DNA of 64,000 bases. It comes from Desulfomonilia bacterium (GTDB lineage: Bacteria > Desulfobacterota > Desulfomonilia > UBA1062). Position numbers and translations under genes: made by a program. Every line of letters starts with the position of its first letter. Position 1 is the first letter of the stretch. A model generated the notes under the pieces. It saw only the letters and a program-made list of their open reading frames with translations, made no database searches and was not told where the DNA came from. Below, piece after piece: positions 29,437 through 39,839 of the stretch. The stretch spans positions 1-64,000 of the forward strand of contig JBEKDT010000003.1 of NCBI GenBank assembly GCA_050014195.1. Direction: 5' to 3'.

Positions 29437-30396
29437 CTATTGATGTCCGCCTGTACCTTCGGGCTGAACCACTGTGGTACTGGATTGCTTGTGTTTAATT
29501 CCTCCTTCTTCAAGTTGCTTCTGCCGATGCTGAACATAGGCATCGCGTATAGCCTCGTAGGGATCAATGGCGGCCTCTTTGAGAGACTCATAATCACCGA
29601 TACTCAGAGAAGTATCGTTTACCACCTCATATCCACTGACCCCCAGAGAGGTGTACCAGGGTTGAATATAGGAAACGGGATACAAATAATATTCACCGAC
29701 GAAATCTACCGAATCCCGGGCACTGGAGGGCCCCGCTATGGGCCAAACAATGTAGAAACCGTGCCCGACGCCATAAACTCCGAGCGTTTGTCCCAGGTCC
29801 ACGTCTTTTTTTGGTAAATTTAGTTTCTTGTCGGATGCGAGATCCAATAGTCCCCCAATACCCCAGATAGTGTTGATGGTGAAACGGCCAAGCTCTTTTG
29901 CGGAAGATGTGAGGTCTGCCTGGAGCAGGCAGCTGACAAAGCGGATCGGAAACCTGAGATTATAAAAGAAATTCTGAACGCTTACCCGTGCGAACTCAGG
30001 CACGATTTTACCATAGCCTTGCGATGCCGGTTTGAGTGCCCAGAAGTAGAACTTGTCGTTGAACTGATACATGGCGCGGTTGAACGGCTCGATAGGGTCT
30101 GAGATGGTTATTGAAGGTTCTTCTTCGCCTGAGTAATCACCGAGATTCTCATCCTTGCCCCCTGTCTGATCCTGCATGGAATCGGGCTTGCCTTTCCCCT
30201 CGACACCCACGCCTTCTGGTCTTACGGATATCTCCGGGGGGTGCAAAGGCCTTTGCTCCGGGTTGGAGTCAACCGAGGCCTGCAGGGGGGGAAGGGTTGA
30301 AAGGGAAGGGTCCGTGCTCAACGCCCTGCTAGGACTGTGGGCACAGCCCCCGGCAAAAAAAGCGAATAGTGCTATCAGATATGAGTAATGTTTCAC
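29437..30396 (-). CDS. mlaA: MlaA/VacJ-family lipoprotein
   Basis: Lipobox AGGC, DPIEPFNRAMY, RFTINT, DLGQTLG, GPSSARD, DPYEAIRDAY; start codon uncertain. Confidence 0.88.
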   Translation of the reverse strand: MKHYSYLIALFAFFAGGCAHSPSRALSTDPSLSTLPPLQASVDSNPEQRPLHPPEISVRPEGVGVEGKGKPDSMQDQTGGKDENLGDYSGEEEPSITISDPIEPFNRAMYQFNDKFYFWALKPASQGYGKIVPEFARVSVQNFFYNLRFPIRFVSCLLQADLTSSAKELGRFTINTIWGIGGLLDLASDKKLNLPKKDVDLGQTLGVYGVGHGFYIVWPIAGPSSARDSVDFVGEYYLYPVSYIQPWYTSLGVSGYEVVNDTSLSIGDYESLKEAAIDPYEAIRDAYVQHRQKQLEEGGIKHKQSSTTVVQPEGTGGHQ

Positions 30397-30536
30397 GGCA
30401 TGGATACAACCTTTTCCGCTTTCATCATGGAGAAGATGAGTATACAATGTTTGTCACCTTTTCTGGCTGCCGGCAAGAGAACGAGCCTTGCCGTTGGAGT
30501 CAACCTGGGGAGGAAAGCCTCCCGCTACTTGTGGTC

Positions 30537-31130
30537 CTATTGCTCTTTCACCTTTTTTCGCAGGATTTCCAGTAGCTGTTCAGGTGAATTTTTATCCAGG
30601 ATGTTGTTGAACTGGGTTCGATAGTTCTGAACCAGACTGACATTCTCAATAATGACATCGTACACTTTCCATGTTCCAGTGCTTAAGATAACACGATAGA
30701 AAATAGGGATTTTCTTTGATGAGGTGATGATGAGCGTCTGCACCTCGACCTGATTTTCCGTGAGCTTGGTTTCCCTCTCATAAGTAATTTTTTCGTTGGT
30801 GTAGGAAAGGATTTTATCGACATAAGCCTTTTCCAGCACCTCCTGATAGAGTTGGACGAATTCCCTGCGCTGGGCGGTATTCAGCTTGTTCCAGTTTCGC
30901 GCCAGGGTGCGTTTCGAGAGTTCGACTTCGTCGAACATGCTTTCATATATAGACCGAAGTTTTTCTTTCTTGGTATCTTTGGCCGAATCGGCCTTGAGCG
31001 CTGGATCACGCAGCACATCAAGCACTTTGTTGACATTTACCTGAATCGTGGAAAGCGGTGTATCGGCATATGCGGGAAGCAAAGAAAAAAAGATCATCAA
31101 GATTCCTAAAACCGCCGATTTTATTTTCAT
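30537..31130 (-). CDS. mlaC: MlaC/Ttg2D periplasmic phospholipid-binding protein
   Basis: WKVYDVIIENVSLVQNYRTQF; signal peptide. Confidence 0.9.
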   Translation of the reverse strand: MKIKSAVLGILMIFFSLLPAYADTPLSTIQVNVNKVLDVLRDPALKADSAKDTKKEKLRSIYESMFDEVELSKRTLARNWNKLNTAQRREFVQLYQEVLEKAYVDKILSYTNEKITYERETKLTENQVEVQTLIITSSKKIPIFYRVILSTGTWKVYDVIIENVSLVQNYRTQFNNILDKNSPEQLLEILRKKVKEQ

Positions 31131-31158
31131 AACAGACTCCTCCTTAATGTTTATGTCG

Positions 31159-31614
31159 CTATGGCTTTTTTACCTCACCGAAGACATACTTGCTGATGAG
31201 GTCCGCGATATCCAGAGGCGGTTGCGTCTCGGTAATGATACCGCCTGGTTTAAGGAGCGCACCCCCGCCTCCGGGGTCTATGCTGACATCCATATCACCG
31301 ATCAGTCCTTCCGTTTTAATGGAAGCGATGGCATTATCATAAATATTGATACCGTTACGAATCCTCATTTCCACCACGCCCTGCTGGTTTTTCTGATCAA
31401 TGGCAAGTTGTTCCACCCGTCCGACCTCAATGCCCGATATATACACGAGGCTACCTACTCTCAGGCCGGTTACCGTGGTGAACCGGGCGAAAAGAGAGTA
31501 GGAATTGTCACCGATTAAGGAAACGTGACCGAGCGTAACCGTCATGTAACCGATGCAAAGCAGACCGAAAACGAGAAAAATTCCTACTGCAGTTTCTATT
31601 GAGTACTTTTTCAT
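31159..31614 (-). CDS. mlaD: MlaD MCE-domain protein
   Basis: ETAVGIF, GLRVGSLVYISGIEVGRV, IKTEGLIGD. Confidence 0.9.
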   Translation of the reverse strand: MKKYSIETAVGIFLVFGLLCIGYMTVTLGHVSLIGDNSYSLFARFTTVTGLRVGSLVYISGIEVGRVEQLAIDQKNQQGVVEMRIRNGINIYDNAIASIKTEGLIGDMDVSIDPGGGGALLKPGGIITETQPPLDIADLISKYVFGEVKKP

Positions 31615-31618
31615 GTAC

Positions 31619-32863
31619 TTACTCCTTTGTGGAACACAGAAGCCGGCCTATTTCTTTTTGCCCTGATTTTGCAGATTTGATGACAGCATCCAGGTCGGCA
31701 TTGGGTTGTCCTTGGGCTAAACCGGCGTTGATCGGTATCTCAATACATTCCCCTGAAACCCCTCGCCTGCGGCCCTTGACGCGAATGTCACGAATTCCCT
31801 GCTCCTGGAAATCCTTGATAAAAACCTTCAGGATTTCTTCAGCCTCAGCCAGATCCGAATTGGGGAGGACCGTCACAAATTCATTGATACCGTGGCGTGT
31901 GGAAAACCCCCCAATGGCGCCGAAATGTTTATCAATGTATACCCCCATGGCATGTAACACCTGCTGTGCCTCTTCGTAGCCCAGGCCTTCTACAATGTCA
32001 TCCGGCATATACAGGGTAAAAATCACCACGGTGTATGTATCCCCTCTTGTTTTATGTTTCAGCTGAGCATGATACATGACATCGAACTGCCGCTTGGAGT
32101 GTAGGCCCGATAATTCATCCCGCAATCCTTCCAGGCTATGGATGACCTCGTCTTTGAAAGGGTGATCGAATTCATCAAGCTCTTCCGGAGTGCCCTGAAA
32201 AACGATTTTTTTATCATAGAGGGCAAGAATACGGTTTGAGATAAAATACACATCCGGAATCTCGTGGCTGACCAGGACCGCGGTAAATCCGAATCTTTTC
32301 TGGTTCTGGGCGATCATGCTCAGGATTGCATTTTTCCGGACAGGGTCCTGCGCGGAAGTGGGTTCGTCAAAGAGGACAATCTGAGGATCTATGACCAGTG
32401 CCCGTGCCAGGGCAACCCGCTTCTGCATACCGCCGGAGAGTTCTGAGGGAAACTTGTCGGCTGCATCAGCCAGTTCCGTTTGTTCGATCCTGGCAGTCAC
32501 CATAGAGTCTATTTCAGCCTCGCCCTTTTTCGTTGTTTCCTGCAGCGGCAGTGCAATATTTTCATAAACGGTCATGGAATCGAACAGGGCATTGTCTTGA
32601 AACATGTAGCTCATCTGGGCAAAGGAGGCGGTCATCTCACGCCTTTTCATTTCAGCATAGGGTTTGCCCCGGAAAAGAATGGCCCCTTCATCGGGCTTGA
32701 GCAGCCCGATGATATGCTTGAGGAGGACACTCTTGCCGCCGCCACTCAGGCCTATGATGGTCGTGACCTGCCCCTCGTATATCTTGAGGTTTACACCTTC
32801 GAGAACAGTTTTGGATCCGAATCTCTTGGTGACATCCTTGAATTCAATCAATGGCGTATCCAT
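31619..32863 (-). CDS. mlaF: MlaF ABC ATPase with a long C-terminal extension resembling a degenerate GGDEF domain
   Basis: GLSGGGKS, LSGGMQKR, LFDEP; extension with DELSGLHSKRQF, RHGINEFVTVLP, INAGLA. Confidence 0.85.
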   Translation of the reverse strand: MDTPLIEFKDVTKRFGSKTVLEGVNLKIYEGQVTTIIGLSGGGKSVLLKHIIGLLKPDEGAILFRGKPYAEMKRREMTASFAQMSYMFQDNALFDSMTVYENIALPLQETTKKGEAEIDSMVTARIEQTELADAADKFPSELSGGMQKRVALARALVIDPQIVLFDEPTSAQDPVRKNAILSMIAQNQKRFGFTAVLVSHEIPDVYFISNRILALYDKKIVFQGTPEELDEFDHPFKDEVIHSLEGLRDELSGLHSKRQFDVMYHAQLKHKTRGDTYTVVIFTLYMPDDIVEGLGYEEAQQVLHAMGVYIDKHFGAIGGFSTRHGINEFVTVLPNSDLAEAEEILKVFIKDFQEQGIRDIRVKGRRRGVSGECIEIPINAGLAQGQPNADLDAVIKSAKSGQKEIGRLLCSTKE

Positions 32864-32871
32864 AGCTCTCT

Positions 32872-33720
32872 CTACATCAGAAGGGATGTCACGACATAGT
32901 CCGACACCAAGATCAGGACACAGGAGATCACAACTGCCGAGGTGGTGGCAAGTCCGACGGCCTTGGCCCCATGGCTATCCGTGCGCATATGTGCGAAATA
33001 ACCCTGATAACAGCAGACAGTGGCGACGATGACGGCAAAAACGATGGTTTTAATGAAACCGTCGTAGATATCTTTCATGTATAGACTGGTTTGAACACGA
33101 TAATAATAGGTGCCGGCATTCGCACCCAGGAGCAGTACCCCGGAGATATACCCGCCGATTATGCCGATGAGATCAAACAGGGCGGTGAGCAGGGGAAAGC
33201 TGATGACGGCAGCGGCAATTCTTGGGCTAACAAGGTACCTGAGCGGGTCAATACGCATGGTGTAAAGTGCGTCAATCTGCTCGGAAATGCGCTGGATGCC
33301 TATCTCTGCACTAATGGCGGAACCTGCCCTGGCTGTAATCATGATGGCTGTGAGGACAGGTCCTAACTCACTGACCAGGGTCAGGGATACCAGGGTGCCG
33401 AGTGCTCCTTGAGCGCCGACTTTATTCAATGCATAATAAGTTTGGAGGCCTAAGACCATACCGGTGAACAGGCCGACGAGCATGATGATCATCATGGACC
33501 GCATCCCGATGTAATAAATTTGCTGAACAATCTTGGATAGCTGCTTGGGCCTTATGATCTTCAGCAATGCCAGAATGAGGAAAATAGCCGCAGCACCTAA
33601 ATTATCGATCCCGTTGATCGCCACCCTACCGATAGCAGCAAATGGTCGCGATATGAGCATAAATAGCCACCATCCGGTTTCGCTCTTAGGAGGGGGCAGA
33701 CTGTTTGCTTTAAGCGCCAT
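32872..33720 (-). CDS. mlaE: MlaE ABC permease
   Basis: ELGPVLTAIMITARAGSAISAEIG..EQIDAL..DPLRYLVSPR. Confidence 0.92.
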   Translation of the reverse strand: MALKANSLPPPKSETGWWLFMLISRPFAAIGRVAINGIDNLGAAAIFLILALLKIIRPKQLSKIVQQIYYIGMRSMMIIMLVGLFTGMVLGLQTYYALNKVGAQGALGTLVSLTLVSELGPVLTAIMITARAGSAISAEIGIQRISEQIDALYTMRIDPLRYLVSPRIAAAVISFPLLTALFDLIGIIGGYISGVLLLGANAGTYYYRVQTSLYMKDIYDGFIKTIVFAVIVATVCCYQGYFAHMRTDSHGAKAVGLATTSAVVISCVLILVSDYVVTSLLM

Positions 33721-34840
33721 GGTTAAGACTCCTGAAGATCATAGGAATTTAGAGACATATGCTAAATCCAGCATCGTCGATTGCCCCGGCGTAAGCCTGC
33801 ATGGGCGTGTGTTCATGATAGGCGTTGACTGCATGTTAATCCTTCACACTACACAGAGATAAATACAGTTAATGGCTAAAGGCGACGACGGACAGACAAG
33901 CAACGGCACGGTGCGCACCAGGCATAATAGGACCAGGGTACCAATCAGGCCTGATCTTCTAAGAAAGAGAGTTAAAGACACGAGAAGGGGCAGAGGATGT
34001 TGTTTGACTTGACTCAAAACAACACTATTAGGCAGAACGCTCAGGATAATAACATCCCATAAGAACGATAGCTTTCGATAAAACATCTTAATCCATGACC
34101 TCTGAAACCTCTTTTAATAGAAACCTTAAATAAGACCGGGCCTTTGTTTGTCAAGGAGGATAAAAGAGGATCAAAATTATCTTATAGTGCATATTTCAAC
34201 CGAAGATCTCTATAGGTCAAGAAGAATGGTTCAGTATAAATATCTATAGTGCGCCGGGAGACCGGCAAGAAGTAAAGGGTAAAAGACACACAGTAAAGAA
34301 ATAACAAAACATACTGTTATCAAGTCATGCACGGAGTGTTTACGAAGCGTTAACAGGGATACGTGAATTGCTAACAGCAGGGATTAGTGCTGGGGGTGTT
34401 CCGTAAGGGGCATCCCTAACGTGATATAAATTGCTGGCCCAAATCTCAGATTGAACCATTGATTCCTATGAAAGAATGTCATGCTTAAGGCAAAAAATAT
34501 TATGACCCAAATGCAGGCCCAATTGAAGGATAGCATCCACATTTATCTTAACTATTGGAACTACTCCCGCCTCAAGGGATCTCCAATAGTTTGGATAAAG
34601 GGCATCATGTATAATTGTATAATAATCTTTCATTGGTCGGGGTGGAAGACCCTTCCATGGGTGATTTTTGCGATAAATTGGTGCTTTCGAAAGGCTCTAA
34701 AATTGAAGATTTTGGTTTGAAACCTATGCTGCAAGGCGCTCCATATCAGAGCGTGTCCTATGGCACGTGATCTATGGATTAAGTATTTCAACAGTATATT
34801 GCCTTGCGCTCAATATATGGATATACTGCATCTGTGATTC

Positions 34841-34888
34841 GGCTAACAATGGTTATATATTGCAATAGTGCAGTATAATAATTAGCCC
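34841..34888 (+). other. Degenerate attC-like hairpin upstream of the cassette ORF
   Basis: GGCTAAC...TATATTGCA-ATAG-TGCAGTATA...ATTAGCCC. Confidence 0.45.
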
Positions 34889-34903
34889 CAACATATACCA
34901 ATC

Positions 34904-35524
34904 GTGCAAAAGCAGGCTCTCAAAATATTTAAGAAAAAGCTGTACGACGCTTTATGCGTTGTGGATGACGCAACCCTATCAGAGGGGAGTGCCATATTGA
35001 AGGACATAAGCCCGGCCTCATCATGCCCATTTGCCAGAGATGTCATGCGAAATATCCAGCATGTTCTCGCTCGTGGGCAGGTATTACGCGAGCAAGTCGC
35101 ATTGAAACTCATTTCAAAAACAGTAACCTCGTATGAAAATCTCATATCGCCTAAATTCATCGAGGAGTTGATGGAGGTCGTGACAAGAGCATTCCCGAGA
35201 GATCACTATGTTCAGTTCGCTAAGAACGTTCAAAGTGTGTATGAGTGGAGGGCATTCGCACAGAAGAACAAATTCGATGAGCCCACCTTCGAACATGAGC
35301 TTTCCCTTATCTCTGTGAGCGCAACCAACATGTCGAATCAAGTTATATCTAGAGTGCGCACAATTCTGGATGACGCCCTTCTAAAGAAGGTTATCAATAA
35401 ACCAAACTGGTGGGTACGCGCCTTGTCGATGTTTTGGGAGTTTCTCACCGCTCCGCTGTTCAAGTGGGTGTTCGGCATTCTGACCGCCATATTGGTGACA
35501 GCTTTAGTTGCTTACTTCGGCTGA
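34904..35524 (+). CDS. Hypothetical protein with C-terminal TM helix, cassette-like
   Basis: 206-aa ORF (GTG start) between two attC-like sites. Confidence 0.65.
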   Translation: MQKQALKIFKKKLYDALCVVDDATLSEGSAILKDISPASSCPFARDVMRNIQHVLARGQVLREQVALKLISKTVTSYENLISPKFIEELMEVVTRAFPRDHYVQFAKNVQSVYEWRAFAQKNKFDEPTFEHELSLISVSATNMSNQVISRVRTILDDALLKKVINKPNWWVRALSMFWEFLTAPLFKWVFGILTAILVTALVAYFG

Positions 35525-35545
35525 AAATAACTGAAATAACTATAT

Positions 35546-35595
35546 GGGCTAACTAGAGCATCCAGAAGGATACGGGTTAATGCTCAGCGTTATCA
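35546..35595 (+). other. attC-like site
   Basis: GGGCTAAC-TA-GAGCAT...ATGCTC-AGC-GTTA; GGGCTAA is the exact complement of TTAGCCC at 34882. Confidence 0.55.
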
Positions 35596-36074
35596 CAAAT
35601 TAATATTCCTGCAATTTCTTCTCTCTTCTGTGGTGTCTGGAAACTGTAGATCTTGAGTTGAAACATACGCAGTGAGACACTTCATACCAGAACGTTGCAC
35701 CTGGCACGTTATCTATGGTTTTGAAAATCCCAACTCAGTTCGTTGCCTTTGACACATAATCTATACTTATACTCAAAAGAATTTATGGATACATGACAAA
35801 CATAATCATCTTTTCCGTGTTAATGTTGCCATATTCCTTGTAACCGGTTTATTATGATCAATTATTTTAATTCACAGTTTGTGAAAATTAATTTTAATTT
35901 AATTGTGATTTTATATTATTAATCTTGATATTTATTTTGTTAAGTGTATTATAGCAAATAGCGGAAACCTATGCATTTGTGATTCCCTATCATCTTTGTT
36001 CCCTATCATCAGTGATTGTGGTGGTTACATCCGGAAGGAGAGATATTGTGTCAAGAGCAGAAAGAGAGGAAATC

Positions 36075-36257
36075 ATGGAACCTATTGTCGAACAAAGGGC
36101 TAATATCATGCGCACGCAGAAGAGGATCTTCAAACTACTAACTCAGTGCATTAAGGACATCAGGAAGACAGTTACAGCATCGGGTCTTACGATTAAGGAC
36201 GTGAGGTCAGAGTCGAAAAATTCTATACAGGCTTGGATTCTTGCATCAATAGCCTAA
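36075..36257 (+). CDS. Small hypothetical protein (60 aa)
   Basis: GAGG RBS before ATG 36075; hairpin shortly downstream. Confidence 0.35.
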   Translation: MEPIVEQRANIMRTQKRIFKLLTQCIKDIRKTVTASGLTIKDVRSESKNSIQAWILASIA

Positions 36258-37087
36258 CACCAAGCTTTAATAGTCTTTTTTAGTATCTGATGGGGGAGCT
36301 GCAGATAGCCCTATCAGATTGATAAGAGATATGTATTCAAGATCAATGAAGCTGATCACATAGGGTTAAAGCAGATCTGTTGGAACAAATTTTATGCTTT
36401 CATGTATACATCATCATGATCCACCATTCATGGGATCACCAATGTAAGAAGAATCCTTGAGTGTGATTATTTATTACCTACAACGTGAATATCTTGAGGT
36501 ATAAGCTCTGTTGTGAAGATGCTCTCCCAGACTGAGGAGTGTAGCACGAAATCAACGGTTTTGAAAATCTCATCTCAGTTCGTTGCCTCTGGCACAAAAT
36601 CATCAGTCGACGTCAACCAGAAATTACCTCAAAAAAATATAATTTTATGTTCCCATAGAACATCCCCTAATATGCACGGAATTGCAGTCATGGGCCGATC
36701 ATTTTGCTTTCATGTTTCTGGAAGTTGCCTATAGATACATCTTCCCCGTATAGAGAACCTTTGTCTGATTCTACGCATCCAAATATTTTGGATCTGGAAC
36801 CGTGGCAAGGCGAGTAATCGCCCGATATCTTGCCTAGGGCTTATGATCGAGAGAAATAGCCTTTACAGGGTATTTCTTAAGACATGCAGAGATACGTAAA
36901 ACGTAATCTGAAAAGGTTAGAGACATCTTACCGCCGGCCAGGTTCTAGACCCGTTTTTTACTGAACATATTGTTTTCCTATTTTAATTCACCTCTGTTCT
37001 TTGCCTCCACTCTTCGTCTTTATTTCCGTTTGGCAATCTCGGCCTGGAGCTCCTTGTTTGCTTTTGCAAGCTTCTGCGTGCGTTCCG

Positions 37088-39709
37088 CTACCGCTTCTCT
37101 CTTTCTTTTCGTACCCTGCGCAATTCCATCTCCAATGTTTTGGATTTGGTTATGTCCGTAAAGGTAATCACCACGCCGTCAATTTTGTCTTCCAGCGTGC
37201 GATAAGGCATGATGCGCGTTTCGAACCAGCGCCCGTCACCGGTAGAGACCTGCTTTTCTTTAAATACCAGGGTCTTCAGTACCTCATGAATATCATCGAA
37301 CATCTCGGGGTAGATCAGCTCTGATACGATGTCGGTGATGGACCGTCCTACATCGCCTGGAATCAGCTTGATGATCCGTTTCATATGAGGGGTGAACCGC
37401 AGCAGAAGGAGCTCTTTGTCCAGAAACATGGTGGCGATGTCCGTGCTGTTGAGCAGGTTCTTCATGTCGTTATTCGATCGCGTAAGCTCTTCCACCTTGG
37501 ATTGCATCTCGGCATTGACGGTCTGCAGCTCCTCATTCATCGACTGCATCTCTTCCTTGGACGTGGTCAGTTCTTCATTGGTGGATTGCAGCTCCTCGTT
37601 GGTGGACTGCAGCTCTTCATTGGTGGCTTTGAGCTCTTCCTGCGAGGTCTGCATCTCTTCACGGGAGTTCTGCAGCTCGTCGCGCAGCCGTTTGATCTCC
37701 TGCTCCAGTTCTGAGATATCAGCGCCTTGTGATGAGATGCGGTTTCTTGATTTTGTAACCGAAGAGGCCGCCACATCCTTAAAGACCACTGTGAACATAC
37801 CCTTGAGGGCTTCCGGTTCTTCTATCGACTGGATTGTGAGATCCACGATCTGCTCTCCGCCATTGGTCCCTACCTTTAGACCTTGTACGGTGATTATGCC
37901 TCTTTGATTCACCACCTTCTGGAAGGCTCGTGTCAACCCATGCTGAAGCCCTTCCCGGGCCATGGCGAAAATATTCAAGTTGGCCTTGCCTGCTGCAGGT
38001 TCCAGATACTTGCCTGTCCGCCCGCTGATGTAGATGATGTCTCCTTTGTTGTTGATCAGCACGGATGGAGGGGCATATCGCTCCAGTATCAGCTGATCCG
38101 CAAGCGATTGGAGATTTACCGCGGGTTTGGTCGCCGCTTCCTCCTTGGAGAAGGCTGAAGAGAAAGAGGAGAGCGAGGACGGAAAGTCCACAATCTCAGC
38201 TTGCCTGAGGGATTCTTTTCGATGATAGATCCTCCATTTGCCTTCCAGTGGCGTGAAGAGATCGATATGGCTGCCGATGGTTTCCGCGCTGCCCAGGAAC
38301 AGGATACCGCCGGGATTCAAGCTGTAGTGGAACAAGGACAGGATTTTTTTTTGTATTTCCGGAACAAGGTAGATGAGGAGATTCCTGCAGATAAGGATGT
38401 CCAGCTTGGTAAAGGGAGGGTCCATGATGACATTCTGTACAGCGAAGACTACCATCTCACGGATTTCCTTGACGACCCGGTAGTTGCCGCTCTCTTCCTT
38501 GACGAAAAACTTTTTTAAGCGCTCAGGCGGGACATCCGAGGCTATGTTGGGGGGATAGACAGCCTGACGGGCTTTATCAACGGCATCCCGGTCGAGGTCG
38601 GTGGCAAAGATCTGTAAGCTATAGTTCCCTTTGGGCTTGATAAGATCGAGTGCCTCTTTGAACACGATCGCCAGTGAATAGGCCTCCTCGCCTGTTGAAC
38701 AGCCGGGAGTCCACACGCGAAGAGTGCCGCCTTCAGGTTTACTTGCTATGAGCGCTGGTATGGCCTTTTCCTTCAGTTGTTCCCAGGCAGGCGGGTCCCG
38801 GAAAAAATTCGTTACCCCGATGAGGAGCTCTTTGAAGAGAAGATCCCGCTCCTGGAGATTTTCCTGTAAGAAACGGACATAATGGGCGATCGTGTCAATC
38901 TGGTGGATGCTCATGCGCCGCTCGATCCGGCGGTACAAGGTGCCTTTTTTATACATCGAGAAATCCTGGCCCGTGTGGGTCCGGAGCAGGATGACGATCT
39001 TTTCCAGAGCCGAGACAGCCGTGCTTGCCAGGACAGGCTCGCCACCCTTGCCCCGAGGAGGGTGGGGAAAATGGAGAAGCTCTATAAGCTTGCCGGACAG
39101 TTCTTTTGCCGGAGCCACGTAATCGACGAGCCCTGTTCCTATGGCGCTGCGGGGCATACTGTCGAATTTGGCTGAGGCTGGGTCCTGCACCAGGACCATA
39201 CCCCCATTTTCCTTGATGGCCTTGATGCCAAGTGTGCCATCTGTGCCCATACCTGAAAGGATAATGCCCACACTGTGTTCCCGCTGGTCCTCTGCCAAGG
39301 AGCGGAAAAAGAAATCAATCGGCAGACGAAGCCCCCGGGGCGATGTGGGATCGAGCAGATGAAGTACCCCATGCAGGATCGACATGTCCTTGTTCGGCGG
39401 GATCACATAGACTTGGTCCGGGTTAACCCGCATGCGGTCTTTTACCTGGGTGACCTTCATGTGTGTCATGCGTTGCAGAAGCTCGGGCATGATACCCTTG
39501 TGGGTCGGGTCCAGGTGCTGGACGATAACATACGCTATGCCCCTGCCCTCTGATACATTGCCCAAGAGCTCTTCCAGTGCCTCCAATCCACCGGCGGACG
39601 CACCAACACCGACAATATGGAGAACACCGCTCTTGGTGATCGGGGGTTTTGATGGAAGATTCTCATCAATCTTTTTCTTTGTTTTCGTCTTTTTAATTAT
39701 TTTGGCCAT
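37088..39709 (-). CDS. CheB/CheR fusion with coiled coil and PAS domain
   Basis: GASAGG, VQHLDP, LSGMGTDG; VTNFFRD, GCSTGEEAYS, CRNLLIY; repeated NEELQST. Confidence 0.92.
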   Translation of the reverse strand: MAKIIKKTKTKKKIDENLPSKPPITKSGVLHIVGVGASAGGLEALEELLGNVSEGRGIAYVIVQHLDPTHKGIMPELLQRMTHMKVTQVKDRMRVNPDQVYVIPPNKDMSILHGVLHLLDPTSPRGLRLPIDFFFRSLAEDQREHSVGIILSGMGTDGTLGIKAIKENGGMVLVQDPASAKFDSMPRSAIGTGLVDYVAPAKELSGKLIELLHFPHPPRGKGGEPVLASTAVSALEKIVILLRTHTGQDFSMYKKGTLYRRIERRMSIHQIDTIAHYVRFLQENLQERDLLFKELLIGVTNFFRDPPAWEQLKEKAIPALIASKPEGGTLRVWTPGCSTGEEAYSLAIVFKEALDLIKPKGNYSLQIFATDLDRDAVDKARQAVYPPNIASDVPPERLKKFFVKEESGNYRVVKEIREMVVFAVQNVIMDPPFTKLDILICRNLLIYLVPEIQKKILSLFHYSLNPGGILFLGSAETIGSHIDLFTPLEGKWRIYHRKESLRQAEIVDFPSSLSSFSSAFSKEEAATKPAVNLQSLADQLILERYAPPSVLINNKGDIIYISGRTGKYLEPAAGKANLNIFAMAREGLQHGLTRAFQKVVNQRGIITVQGLKVGTNGGEQIVDLTIQSIEEPEALKGMFTVVFKDVAASSVTKSRNRISSQGADISELEQEIKRLRDELQNSREEMQTSQEELKATNEELQSTNEELQSTNEELTTSKEEMQSMNEELQTVNAEMQSKVEELTRSNNDMKNLLNSTDIATMFLDKELLLLRFTPHMKRIIKLIPGDVGRSITDIVSELIYPEMFDDIHEVLKTLVFKEKQVSTGDGRWFETRIMPYRTLEDKIDGVVITFTDITKSKTLEMELRRVRKEREKR

Positions 39710-39839
39710 ATATTCATGATAAAAGGAACTTACCTGTAATACAAGAGAAGAGCGAAGGATGCGAAACATTTAACTCAACAGCAGGGCCAATGTCTCCCAT
39801 GATGGGTGCTAAGGCTGTGGTAACATCGCTTCAGAAACA

